DNA of 64,000 nt from Felis catus (Eukaryota), in NCBI RefSeq assembly GCF_018350175.1, contig NC_058368.1:150662001-150726000 (forward strand), written 5' to 3'. Each line of letters opens with the position of its first letter. Within the stretch, counting starts at the first letter, position 1. Positions 12,770 through 25,342 of this stretch are shown here, piece after piece. The position numbers were made by a program, and so were the translations under genes. The notes beneath the pieces were generated by a model. The model made no database searches, was not told the origin of the DNA, and saw only the letters and a program-made list of their open reading frames with translations.

Positions 12770-13200
12770 TAGTCCCTACTATGAAAGAATTTACATTTTA
12801 GTGATAATTGACCATAAATAAGAATATAAGATAGTTAACAGTGGTAGTCAGGAGATTAAAATAGATGACTATTTTAGATCACGTGAGGAAGGAAGGAAAG
12901 CTTCTAGGAAAATGCCACTTAAGCTCCTATTTGACGGGAATATCCACTTTTGCAAAAATTGAGGAAACCATGCTTGCAGCTAGGGCAATAACGCCAAACC
13001 TTAAGGCAGGAACTAATTTGGAATGTTTCAGGAATCAAAGAAGCCTACCTTTTTGGAGTATAGTGACAAAAAAAAAGAATAAGTTTGGGGGGTATAAAAG
13101 GGTTAAATTGTATTAGCATTGAAAGCCAGGAAAGGGTTTGGATTTTATTCTGAGTATGATGGGAAAGGCATTTTACTCTTGAGGAGTGGTATGAAAGAAT
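12770..13200 (-). mobile_element. LINE-2 fragment
   Basis: ttggaatgtttcaggaatc...gggtttggattttattctgagtatgatgggaa typical of antisense L2. Confidence 0.55.
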
Positions 13201-13204
13201 AGAT

Positions 13205-15205
13205 TTTTTAAATCTATTTTGATAATATTTTGTTAATTGAAGTGTTTAATCCATTTATGTGTAACATAGTTACTAATATGCTTGATTTGAATCTATTATG
13301 ATATTATTTGTTCTTTATTTGTCCTATGTTGGTTTTGCCTTTTTTTGCATTCTTTCTGATTATTTTTTAATTATTCTGTTTCTCCTGCCCCATGAACTTG
13401 AGAGCTATATATTCTTTTATTAGGTTGTATTATACCTCGTCCTGGATGATACAAGGACCTGAGAACACATCAGCTTTACTTACCACCCCACTTCATGTTA
13501 TATACATTGTGTATACTTAATGTCCTAAATTCCTCAAGACAACATTTTTATACAGTCACTGTGCATTTATATTTACTCAAACATTTACTTTGTCTATGTG
13601 CTTTATGACTCCTTGAATTTCTGAGCTTCTGTCTGCGATCATATTTCTTCTTCCTGAAGAACATGCTTTAGTATTTCCTTTTGTAAATGTCTGCTGGTGA
13701 TAAATTCAATTTTTGTATCCTTAAACCATTTACTTCACCTTCATTTTCAAAGAATATTTTCACTGAATTAACAGCTATTTTATCATTTTGAAGATATATT
13801 CCATTGCCTTTGGCTCCCATAATTTTTTTTGAGAAATAATGTCAGTTTTATTTTTGTCCCTTTAAAAGTAAGCTTTTTTCTCTGGCTGCTTTTAAGATGT
13901 TTGTCTTAAATTTGAAGCAGTTTGATTACGATGTAACTAAATGTTTTGGGTTTTGTTGGTTTTCTTTTTGAAGTTTGTAATGCTTCTCGAATCTGGGATA
14001 TGCTGTTCTTACTCTCTTTCGGAAAATTCTCAGCTTTTATCAGATACTGCTTCGCCCCCATCCTGTCCCCCTTCTCTCCTTCTGGCACTCAAATGTATAC
14101 TAGATCATTTTATGTTATCCTTTATGTATCCATTCATTTGTCTCTGATGGTTCATTCTAGATAATTCTTACCTTTCTTTGAGTTCATGGTTTTCTTTTGA
14201 AGTCTCTAATCTCCTGTCAAACATACCTGTTGAAGCATTTATTTCAGTTGTTACTTTTTTCGTTGTCATTTTGGTCATTTCTGTTTGTTTCTGTTTTATG
14301 GTTTCTAGTTATCTGTCTAGTTATCTACCTCAATCGGATCTTTTATTTTCTCAAACACATTAAGCATAAATCATTTGAAAACCTGTGTCTAGTAATTTTG
14401 GGGTCTGCTATTATCTGAAGCTCCTTTGTTTTTTCTTGTGGTTTTTTACCAAATTTATCTTATTTACCTATAGGTCTCTTACATTTTTTTTTTTAAGTTT
14501 AACTATTTATTTACTTAAGTAATCTGTACACCTAACCTGGGGCTTGAACTCATAACCCAAGAACAAGAGTCTCATGCTCTTTCAATTGAGCCGGCCAGGC
14601 GCCCATCTCTTACATTTTTTTATTTTATATTACTTATGCTATTTTTTTTATTTGTGCTTATTTTTATTTATAATATTTTGTTGTTATGTTGTTGTTTTTG
14701 GATTGAATGCCAGAACTACTGTGTGAAGAAATTATACTTTTAGCCCTGAAATGATATTTTTTGCAGAAAGGATTTATGTCTCCTGGCAGGGGTTTTGAGC
14801 ACTAGTAAGCTAAAATCACTTGAGTCAGTGATTGAGATGACTGGACTCTGAGCATATCTCCTTCTAGTTCATACTTTTCCCCAGGGTATAGACCTTTGAT
14901 GTCTCAACTTGAAGCCTGTAGAGTTTACCAGAACAGGCCATGAACTCCGATTTTTGTCTTCTTAACTCCATAATTTAGTCAGAAGTTCTGTTCGAGCTTC
15001 TTAGCCATCTTCTCTGGGATCAGCAGATATCCCAGGGGAAAAGCTGTCATTAATGCTTGATTCAACAACTCTTTTTTTCTTCTGAATTTTCCACTGGATT
15101 TTTCCATTAGTTCTCTAATGACTTCAGGTGTTTGTTTTCTATTTTGTCCAGCTTTTCTAGTTATTTTCACAAGAAGGGCTATTCTAAATTACCAAGTCCA
15201 TCATT
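13205..15205 (-). mobile_element. Ancient L1 (L1ME-like) 5'UTR-ORF1-start of ORF2, inverted segment
   Basis: Minus ORF 13906-14088 (PEGE...IKAENFP...QIREALQT...SYIVIKL) is L1 ORF1-like; ORF2-start-like acataaatggattaaacacttcaattaa (minus) near 13240-13265. Confidence 0.7.
14485..14604 (-). mobile_element. Short CanSINE (older type)
   Basis: Ends gagccggccaggcgccc; TSD tctcttacattttttt. Confidence 0.85.
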
Positions 15206-16044
15206 GCAGAAAAATAGAAATAAAAAATACTTTAAGTACACATGAACAATTTACAAAATGTAATCATAAAAAGTCTTTTAAATTTTCAAAGAATTGGTAT
15301 TATTAGATAACAGTTTCTAATCAGTATAATTAATTTTATAGAAATTAATAGAAATTTAGGAAACATATTTGGAAAATAAATTCATTTCCATGTAAGATGA
15401 ATCCTTCAAATAAAGAACAAACGATAGAAAATGAAATGTAAAATAGAAAATACATATTCAGAACTGAACAATGACAGGAATACTGCATATCAACACTTAC
15501 AGAATGCAGCTAAAACAGTACTTACAAGGAAATTGGTAATTTTAAATATTAAAGTAAAACTGAAAATTAGAGATCTAATCTGTCCTAAACCTGAGAGATT
15601 AGGGAAAGAATAATGGAAATAAAATTAATGAATTAAACAAAAAGCAAATAATATAGAGAGGCAACAAAGTCAGAAGTTTCACCTTTTAATAATAATATTG
15701 ACAATTCTTTGACAAGATTACCTAAGAAAGAAAGCAGACACAAAGAATATTAGAAACAAAAATGAGGACATTATGCTATAGAGATTGAGGAGATATCATG
15801 AACAATTTTATTATAACAAGTGGGAAAATATAAGTGAAGTAGATATTTTCTAGAAAAATGTAACTTCTCAAAAGTTATTCAAGAAGAAATAGAAAATATG
15901 AATGCTCTGATTACTATGTAAGAGATTGAATCAGTAGAAATTTTTCAAAAAAGAAAACATGTTGCCCAGAAAAAGCCTTTGGAAAAATTAACACAGCCAT
16001 GGATAAAACCTTTTGCCAAATTGGAGTTTTGCAGAATTTTTTAA

Positions 16045-16188
16045 TTTTTTAGAATCCAAAGAAGACTTCAGGCTCCGAGCTGTCAGCACAGAGCCTAGAG
16101 CCCAATGTGGGGCTCGAACTCATGAGCCATAAGATCATGACCTGAGATGAAGCCAGACACTTAACCAACTGAGCCACTCAGGCACCCC
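16045..16188 (-). mobile_element. CanSINE/SINEC, partial
   Basis: gctgtcagcacagagcc...tgagccactcaggcacccc. Confidence 0.85.
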
Positions 16189-16814
16189 AGAACTTCCTTA
16201 AGTCAATAAGACCTACAACATATATATTTAACAATGAAAAATTTTAAACAGTCCCTTAGAGTCAGGAATAAGTACCATATTAGAGATCCCAGCTAGCATT
16301 GTATGACAGTTAAAACAAATAAAAAATAAAAGATTGAAGAAACAATTTACAGATAAATTTTAAGAGTTTTACAATGATTCTGTATATAATATTAATATAC
16401 AAAAGTGAACTGCATTCCTATCTAGCAGACATAAACTGTTAGAAATTATTTTTAAAAATACCATTTACCATATCATTTTGAAAATACAAGTTATATAGGA
16501 GTAAATTAAGATTATTTTTCCTTTAAGAGAAAAAAATCACAAAAGATTACTGAAAGACATTAAAGAATGTCTGATAAGAAAAAAATTACATTCAAGTATT
16601 TAGAGCCTAGAGTTAAGATGGCAAATCTCCCCTGCAAAGAAAGCAATTGCAATAAAAATCCCAGCTTAGTTTTTCCAGAAACTTGACAAGCTAATTCTGA
16701 AGTTTCTGTGAAAGAGCAAGGGATCATGAATTTCAAGATACTCCAGGAGCGAAAGATTTAAGATGGAGAGAGTTAACTTGTCGGACAGAAAGAATTGTAA
16801 GATTATACCAATTA

Positions 16815-17285
16815 GGTGTTCATAAAAGCCAAAAGGTAGAAACAACACAAATGTCTATCAGCTGACCAAAGGATAAACAAAATGTGGTATATCCATACAG
16901 CGGAATATTATTTGGCTATAAAAAAGAAATGAAGTAGTGATACCTGCTATAACAAGGATGAACATTGCAAATATGTGAAGTGAAAGAAGCCAGTCACAAG
17001 AGACCACATTATATGATTCTATTCATATTACATTCTGCAATAGGAAATCTATAGAGACAGTAGATAAGTAGTTGCTTAGGCATGGTGAGGTTTAGGGAGA
17101 TGGGAGCACAAGGTAGTAAGAGCTAAAGGAAATGGGGTTTCTTTTTGAGGTAATGAAAATGTTCTAAAATTGACTATGGTGATAGTTGCACACATCTGTG
17201 AATATCCTAAAAAGCATCCCATCTTCTACTTTAAATGGGTGAATTGTATGGTATGTGAATTATATCTCAATAAATCTGTTAAAGT
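16815..17285 (+). mobile_element. L1MB-like 3' end
   Basis: ggataaacaaaatgtggtatatccatacagcggaatattatt...gtatgtgaattatatctcaataaa. Confidence 0.75.
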
Positions 17286-18219
17286 TATAGTAATTAGGAC
17301 AGTGTGATACTTCCTTAGGGATGGAAATAATGATTTATATTGGAACACAAGTCTAGAAATACATGCACTCTTATAAGGAATCTGGATTTAAGACAGATGG
17401 CATTGTGGGCCAGCAGGAAAAGCAAGATCAATTCATTGAATGGTGCTGGATATCTATATGGAGGAAAGTGAAATTGGAACTCCTTATTTAACACCAAAGA
17501 GAAAAATCAGTTCAAGGTGAATTAAAATTTAAATGTGAAAGGAAAACCATTAAACCTTCAGAAGATAAGATAGCAAGATTATCTTTATGATCTTATGGTA
17601 GGGAAATGCATACTCAATAAAGAAAAAAGTTATATTCAAATGCATTAAAAAAAAAAAACACCTCTGTTTAAAAGACACTATAAGCTCTTGGAGTAGCAGG
17701 TGATTTTAGTTAGGCACAGGAAATGTAGAAGATGAGCCTGGAATGTTTTGTTTTGCAAGATAGCAAGTAAGCTCTCCTAGAATCATGTCAAATGGATTCA
17801 GGAGATACTAAAAAGCATCCCACTGGCCAAAGATGGACAATTTGACTGTCAATAAGGACACATAGGATTACAGAAATTCTGAAATGCCCTGAGCACAGGT
17901 TGGAACATATCAAATGCAATCGATTGGAACAGCAAATTATCAAATGTCTTTAAATTCACAAGTTCATGATGATAGCTAAACTAACAAAAAACATCCACTT
18001 CGTCAACATTGGAGGATGCTCTCAAATCAATTCATTGTTCCGAAAACCAATTAAAAAAAAGAAAAAGCGTGTGTATAAAATTAATCAAGGATCTGTCCTG
18101 CCTTTTCTATGTGGATTGTACCACAGGTAACCAAATAGTAAGTGAGGTGAAGTTTCTCTATATACATATATTAATGAATGAAGAATGATAGAATTAGAAA
18201 ATTGCCATTTTGAGGTTCC

Positions 18220-18418
18220 TTTTATTTAAAGTTTTTATTTATTCATTGTGTAAGAGAGAGAGAGAGGGAGAGAGAGCACAAGAAGGGGAGGGGCAGAGAG
18301 AGAGGGAGAGACCGAGAATCCCAAACAGGCTCCAAACTGTCGGTGTGGAGCTCATTGTGGGACTTGCATGACCTGAGCTGAAGTTGGATGGTTAACTGAC
18401 TGAGCCCCCAGACACCCA
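18220..18418 (-). mobile_element. CanSINE/SINEC
   Basis: ttta tail, (ga)n, gaatcccaaacaggctcc, degenerate head. Confidence 0.85.
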
Positions 18419-18901
18419 CGAACTGTCATCTTCTGAAGCCTTGACTGGTGATAGAAGACTCACTTCCAAGATGGCTCACTCACAGGGCTGCCTGAGTGTC
18501 CTCGCAACATGGCACCTGGCTTTTCCCAGAGCATGTGATCCAAATCCAAATGATATATCATTATTTCTCCTATATTCTATAGGTGATGATCCCTGCTGCA
18601 GTGTTGGAGGGAACTAACATAATTTGGGCTCCAAAGATTCATTCTTCCAATATTCAAAATACACTCATCCTCTCCCAAAACTCCTGAAAACTTTCATCCT
18701 TTTACAGCATTCGCTCAAATCTTAGAAATATAAATCAAGTTCAGGTGTGGATGAGGCTTTTCAGGTATACTTCCTCAAGCACAACTCCTTAAATGGAGTT
18801 CCTCTTGATCTGAGGACCTGTAAACTAGAGACACATACAGTGTCTGCCTCCACAACCTAATGTAAAATAGATAGGATAACCATTATAGATGTGTGTATTT
18901 A

Positions 18902-19104
18902 CAACGTTTATTTATTTTTGGGACAGAGAGAGACAGAGCATGAACAGGGGAGGGGCAGAGAGAGAGGGAGACACAGAATTGGAAACAGGCTCCAGGCTCT
19001 GAGCTGTCAGCCCAGAGCCCGACGCGGGGCTTGAACTCACGGACTGCGAGATCGTGACATGGCTGAAGTTGGACGCTTAACCAACTGCGCCACCCAGGCG
19101 CCCC
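18902..19104 (-). mobile_element. Young felid CanSINE (SINEC_Fc-like)
   Basis: Perfect TSD atagatgtgtgtattta (18885-18901 and 19105-19121); CpGs retained. Confidence 0.95.
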
Positions 19105-19444
19105 ATAGATGTGTGTATTTAAAAGGGGGGAAATGAGCATACAGGTTGACAGAAATCCTAAAATCCACCTGGGAACAGGTTGGCAGTTTCTTGATTAAGA
19201 TTCACAGCCTGAGAGTGAATCTCTCAGATTCTGTGGATCTTCACTCTGCCTTCTGATCTCTTGGATCCACTTGCTAAGTTATCCTTCCTTTCCCATGTTT
19301 CTAGCTCTATAGTAGTTGTCTGCTTGCTTTCTGCCTGTAAAAAGTTGGATGTCCAAAAACCTCTTTTCATTTGGTATTCTCTTCCTTTCAGTCCAGGCTG
19401 GCAAATAGCCTGGTAATATAATTCCCCCTGAAAAGTCTCTTGTA

Positions 19445-19630
19445 GGGATGCCTGGGGGGCTCAGTTCGTTAAGCCTCTGACTCTTGATTTAGGCTCAGGT
19501 CATGATCTTTCGGCTTATGAGTTCAAGCCCTGCATTCAGGTCCCTGGCTGACAGCATGGAGCCTGCTTAGGACTCTCTGTCTCTGTTTCTGTCTCTCTCT
19601 CTCTGCCCCTCCCCCCTCAAAATAAATAGA
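19445..19630 (+). mobile_element. CanSINE/SINEC
   Basis: Head gggatgcctggggggctcag; TSD aagtctcttt(g/a)ta. Confidence 0.9.
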
Positions 19631-22091
19631 TATTTTTTTAAGTCTCTTTATAAAAGTATACTTTGCTAATAATTCTCCTATAAACTCTGTGGGCATCCTG
19701 TGAATTTTAGTTGAGTTCATGCCATTAGACAAAGTGACACCCATAACTCTATATAAACCCTTCTCTACCTTGGGTTTTTGATATACCACACCCTTAAACT
19801 TAGAAGCCCTGTAATTTGAGAAGTTCTGTGAGGCACATCCTTTGGGTCTGTATGAAATTACTCTGAGGTACCACATTAATATCTTTCTGACATCTAAAGG
19901 GCTCTACCCTCTACACCCTCAACTTCGTATTTTCCTGTTAGTCCCTGGAATTGTTCTTTGTTCACAGCCATTTTCTACTTTTAACATCACTCATCACCTG
20001 GAGAGGCTGAGAATCCTCAAATCTGCAAGTTCTGTCCTTCCTCTAACTTACCTTCCCCTTCTCTCGTTTTACAGTAAACAAAAGGAAACCAGGTGACATC
20101 TTTAACATTCTGGCTGGAAATCTCCAGTTCATTAGGCATATTTTTTACTTTGCATATAACTGTAGCTGGCAAACTTGCTAAACTTTCTGCCACTTTACTC
20201 CAATTTTAATAAGACTTTTCTAATCTGTTAAGACCTCATCTGCCACCTCCTCAAAGTTACCAAGCATCCGTAAATAAATTTCTTCGAGACTTTTCAAACT
20301 TTCACTAACACTCTCCTCCAAGTTCTTCCACGTCCTGCCCACCACCGCTTCCAACGTCACTCTCCTGTTTTAGGTATTTGTTATGTCAGTACCTCATTTC
20401 ACAAAAATCTTTATTAATTTTCATTGCTTCATAAAAAAAAACTACCTCAAAACATAATAATTAAAGCAACAAATATTTCTTATCTCATGCAGCATCTGAG
20501 GGTCAGAAATCCAGAAGCAACTTAGCAGAATGGTTCTAGCTCAGGGTGTCTTGTGAAGCAGCAATCAAGCTGTCAGCAGGGGCTACAATCATCTGATGGT
20601 TTACCTGGTGCTAGAGAATTCACTTCCAAGATGGCTTACTCTTGTGGCTTTTGACAAATTGCCTCAGTTCTTTTGCTTATTTCTTGTGCCTCACCACACC
20701 AAAGAGCTGTCTGGTTTCCCCTAAAGCAAGTAATTCAAGACAGAGAGGCAGAGACTATCATGGCTTTTATGTCTCTTTTGAGCCAGCCTCAAAAGTGACA
20801 TACCATCATACAGATATGTGACCAACAGGTTGTTCCCACATAAAACCAAGATACAGTGTGAGAGGGAATTATGCAAGGGTGTGCACACCAGGGAATGGGA
20901 GTCATTGCATGTTATTTTGGAGTCTACCTACCACAGAACTTTGCCTGGATCATGATTCAAACAAACTTAAAAAAATTTTTGTGGTAATTAGAAATTTGAA
21001 TGCTTACTAAATATTTTATGATATTATGGAATTAAAAAGAATTTGGTATGTTCTAGTAGTATTTTTAAAGACATTTTATCTTTTAGAGATACATATTTAG
21101 AGATACAATATTTAGAGATATAATGATATAATGTGTGGGATATGCTTCAAAATAATGAGAAATGGGGAAGTGGACAGTGGTATGAATGAAGCAAGATTGG
21201 TTATGAGTTGATAGTAGTTGAATCTGGATAATAGGTAAAAGGAAGCTTATTATTCTATTCTGCATACTCCTATATGTTTTAACATTTTCTATAATAAGCC
21301 AAAAAACAAAAAAAGCAAAAAACCAGACATCAGAAGGAGAGCAGAAGACAAGCCATAAACTGGGAGAAAATCTGTACAACCCATATTACTAACAAAAGGA
21401 TTACTATTCAGATTGTATAAAGAACCAACACAACTTAGTTAAAAAACAATACTGTACACCACACCCCACCGCCCCAAATAGGCAATTCATAGAACAGGAA
21501 ACCTGAAGAGATGCTCAGACACAAGGAAATACAATTTCACACCTGCCACATAAGCAAAAATTTTAAAGTCTGACAATATCCCAGAACACTTATACATTGC
21601 TGGCTGGAGTATAAGTTGATATAATCAATTTGGAAAACAATTTGGCATTAACTAGTAAACTTGAAGATGTGTATCTTTTGTGGTCCAGGAGAGGTGTTCT
21701 AGGATATATGAGCAAGAAAATTCTTAACAGTATTATTTATAAAGTAAAAACTGGAAACAGTCCACCTGTCCATCAACAATAGAATGGTTAAATACATTGT
21801 GTAGATTCATTCAGTAGAATATAACAGTGGGAAAAAATGCATTACAAATCCATAGACATGGAAGAATCTCTAACAATGTTGAGCAAAAAAGCAATTCACA
21901 AAACAATATTAAAGTAGGATTCCATTTCTATAAATTAAAGAACCAATAAAAGTAAACAATATATTGTTTAAGAGTACAAACACATGACATAAATCTATAA
22001 ATAAAGTGAATGATAACCACAAAATCAAAATAGTGATTTTTTTTCTAGCTGCAGAAGGAGGGATTGGGATAAGGAAGGGGCATACAAGAAC

Positions 22092-22218
22092 AGTTTGATT
22101 TTACATTTTGGTTTAGCCAGAACAGACCTGGTTTACCTATTTTCTTGGTGTTATAATTAATAGCACTCTTACTCTCAAATGTGTTCTGGTTTAGATCATA
22201 AATTATATATTCATCCTT
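22092..22218. mobile_element. MER94-like hAT-Blackjack MITE
   Basis: ggtttagccagaacagacctggttt...aattaatagcactcttactctcaaatgtgttctggtttagatcataaattatatattcatcct. Confidence 0.55.
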
Positions 22219-22464
22219 TCTAAAGCAACTTTTTCCCCTTTAATCTGGATGGAGGGCATATGGATCCTCATTATATCCTTCTTCCTAATGTCAGACATGT
22301 ATTTTATAAATATTCATTTGAAACTTGTCAATATTTAATAATATAATTTTAAATTTTAGCCAGTGACAACACAGTAAAAAAAAAAAAAAAACAATACCTA
22401 TATACAGGATAAATATAAATAGGATTTGAATGAAACCTTATTATCTGGATGGATATGGAGATAA

Positions 22465-22687
22465 AGAACATACTGTGTGCCTGGCATCATGTTAAGGGCT
22501 TTGTAGATATTACTTCATTTTTATAACAAGACTTTTAGGTAAGTATTACCTCTATCTTACACATGAAGAGTCTGAGGCAAAAAAAAAAAAGTATATCTAA
22601 CTTAGCCAAATTTATACTGTAAGTCACAGCAAAATTTGAACCCAAGCAATTTGATACCAAACTACACGCTCTTAACCACAATGCCAG
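22465..22687 (-). mobile_element. MIR
   Basis: tactgtgtgcctggca...tctgaggc...atttgaacccaagc...gctcttaaccac. Confidence 0.7.
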
Positions 22688-22696
22688 AGTCCATAA

Positions 22697-23188
22697 CAGA
22701 TATTCTTAACCTTTTTTGTGCCATGGATCCCTTTGGCAGTCTGGTGAAGCCTATAAAGCCCTTTTTAGAATCATGTTTTTAAACATATCATAGATGGGGT
22801 GCCTGGGTGGCTCGGTCGGTTAAGCATCTGACTTCGTTCGGCTCAGGTCATGATCTCACGGTCTGTGAGTTCGAGCCCCGTGTCAGGCTCTGTGCTGACA
22901 GCTTGGAGCCTGGATCCTGTTTCAGATTCTGTGTCTCCCTCTCTCTCTGCCCCTCCCCTGTTCATGTTCTGTCTCTCTCTGTCTCAAAAATAAATAAATG
23001 TTAAAAAATATTTAAAAAAAACATAATATATGCATACAATCATTAATGAAATAAATTATACAAAAATACACTAATCAAGATATTCAACAAAAGTGTACTG
23101 TACATGTACTTCTTTATTAATGCACCTAAGAACAAATCCTAGCAGAGGGTCTAATAATGTCTGTAATTTAAAAGAAGTGAACACCAAA

Positions 23189-23219
<31 letters not shown>

Positions 23220-23503
23220 GTAATAATAAAAATAGGAAACACCAATAGTATTTTGAGATTTCTACTACAGTATGCAACTATAACTATCCTATCTGACTAT
23301 AGTAACATGATAGGAAAATATCTGTGATTTTATTGGTGAAAAAGCCACCATTGCTTCTAATAACACTATGGTTTATTGCCTATGTTACAATTGGAAGAAA
23401 TTCTAAATTTCACTTAAAGGTTAGCAAAACTTAAGGTATACTACTATTTTTTCATTGAAATTCACAGCCCTCTGTGTTATGACTTTAGTTCATAGACTTC
23501 CTG
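22697..23503. mobile_element. MER119-like hAT-Charlie DNA transposon with SINE and (AAT)n insertions
   Basis: Starts cagatattcttaaccttttttgtgccatggatccctttggcagtctggtgaagcctat. Confidence 0.7.
22796..23021 (+). mobile_element. CanSINE/SINEC
   Basis: Canonical head, B box gttcgagcc, A-rich tail. Confidence 0.92.
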
Positions 23504-24319
23504 ACATATATTTTACTGCAGAAAGTTCATATTCTTCACCCCACCTCCCACTTTCTGGTTTGGGATTACATGAAAAATAAGATACACAAAGCATTAGTTT
23601 ATTAGAAATAAAAATATATATGTATACATTTCTCCATGTGGTGAACTTGAGCGGGGGATTAGAAACAGGAATGTGTTAAAATAATCAGGTGTATATGGGG
23701 AGCTTGGAACTGCTTTAGAATGTTTTATTTCAGAGGTTTAAAACTGGTTCCAAATATGTACTGCCACATGTAATTATTTATAAAAGAATTCATTATTGAT
23801 ACCTCAGTGCCCTACAGTATACTATTTGTCAATACCTGTAGCAGTGCACCAATCAAAAAAGAAAGTTTAAATAACTGGATACCTTTTAAAAGTTTCATTG
23901 AGCTAAAAGCAAAACATCTGACAAGTTTTTGATTTGCCTTTCTCATGATTTGATGTCCCAGCAGAGCAACTGGGGAACCTAATTCTGACCAACAAGGAGG
24001 AATTGCCTGGCTAATTGGAAGTGACAGAAACCTTGGGAGAAAGCAACCACATACCAAGGATAATTATAAGAAGGTAACATGGGCCCAAAAGAATAGTGTC
24101 AAGGAAACTGAAGCCCCCAAATGAGGTGAGACTTGCAAAAAAATGCTAAGAAAGGACAAAGAATGGGCTTTTTAAAATTCTATTCAGAGCCAAAAGATGA
24201 TCAAGGAAGGGAAAAGCCCACTTGCAGCTTCTGGTGTAAGGTTACAGCTGACAGAAAACAGAACTCCCTAATAATATTTTGCTTCATTCTCTACAAAGGA
24301 AACATGAGAAGTAGGTGGA

Positions 24320-24560
24320 CATAGTAGAAAGAATTATGTGTGTTTGTGGGGTCAGACAAATCTGAGTTTAATTCTCTGTTTCAACACTTTGTAGTTATGT
24401 GACCCTGGGTCTCCTTTTCCCCCTTTTCCCCTCCATTTTCTGTAAAATGGAGAAAACCATATCTTTTTCATAGCATTATTCTGAATAATGGAAGTAACAC
24501 ATTCAAAACACAACTAAGCTAGGCTTAGAGCAGTGACAATAAATAGCAACTTATTAATAT
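24320..24560 (+). mobile_element. MIR
   Basis: gggtcagacaaatctgagttt...gttatgtgaccctggg...ctgtaaaatggag. Confidence 0.7.
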
Positions 24561-24884
24561 TATTCACCTATTCGAAACAAGGACAAATATCTGCCTTCAG
24601 GGTGAGAAGTAGAAATCTAAAACCTGGAATGATTTGCTTTTTGACTTGGTGATACTCCCTCCCATTAGTGCCCAGGGAAGGGGGAATCCCAAAAGAAAGC
24701 AACTGAAACAAAGGAATAGATTGAATTTTCCAAAGAAGTGCTTAAAGTGAAGACATAAGTCTTAAAAGCTAAGGTGATAAAAAAAAAAAAAAAAAAAAAA
24801 AGAACAGGCCTCTTGAATTTCTTCAAAGCTTCAAGAGGTACAGCTTGAAAGACAAAGGGGAAAAAAATGTATCCTTAAGCAAGA

Positions 24885-25342
24885 TATAGTAGGTTGAATG
24901 ATGGCACCCAAAAAGATGTCCACGTTGTACATCTGTGGAAGCTGTGAATGTTACCTTCTTTGGGAAAAGGGACTTTTGCAGACATAACTAAGTTAAAGAT
25001 CTTGAGATGAGGAGGTAAATCACCCTGGATTATCTGCCCGGCCATAAGTTCAATGACAAGTATCCTTATGTGACAGACAGAGGAGAAGACACAGAGAAGA
25101 GGTGGCCATGTGACCACGGAGGCTAAGGTTGGAGTAGTGTGGCCACAAGTGAAGGAATGGTGACAGCCAGCAGAAGCTAGAAGCAAAAACCAGGTTTTAT
25201 CCTAGACCTTCAGTAGAAGTACAGCCCTGCTAACATCTTGACTTCAGACTTCTGGCCTCGGAACTATAAAATAATAAATTTCGGTTGTTTTAAGTCACCG
25301 GTCTGTGGCAGTTTGTTATGGCAGCCCTACAAAGCTACTGCA
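24885..25342 (+). mobile_element. MaLR solo LTR, MLT1C-like
   Basis: ggttgaatgatggcacccaaaaagatgtccacg...gacttctggcctc...aataaatttcggttgttttaag...gtttgttatggcagccct. Confidence 0.85.

Larger units (their letters stand above)
18420..20935 (-). mobile_element. MaLR (MLT1F-like) provirus remnant: LTR 20410-20935, internal region, partial second LTR 18420-18620
   Basis: Both ends share cacttccaagatggct(c/t)act; the right LTR ends ggagtctacctaccaca; the internal region ends ttttaggtatttgttatgtcagtacctcatttc, as in MLT-int. Confidence 0.7.
17690..21320 (+). mobile_element. L1MC/L1MD-like 3'UTR, split by a MaLR provirus
   Basis: cccactggccaaagatggacaatttga (left part) and gtgggatatgcttcaaaataa...caagattggttatgagttgatagtagttgaa (right part). 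Confidence 0.6.
15210..22090 (+). mobile_element. Ancient L1 (L1ME-like) ORF2 and 3'UTR, interrupted by nested elements
   Basis: ORF 15431-15613 (AYQHLQNAAKTVLTRK) is ORF2-like; collinear degraded pieces at 15210-16815, 17285-17690 and 21320-22090. Confidence 0.7.
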
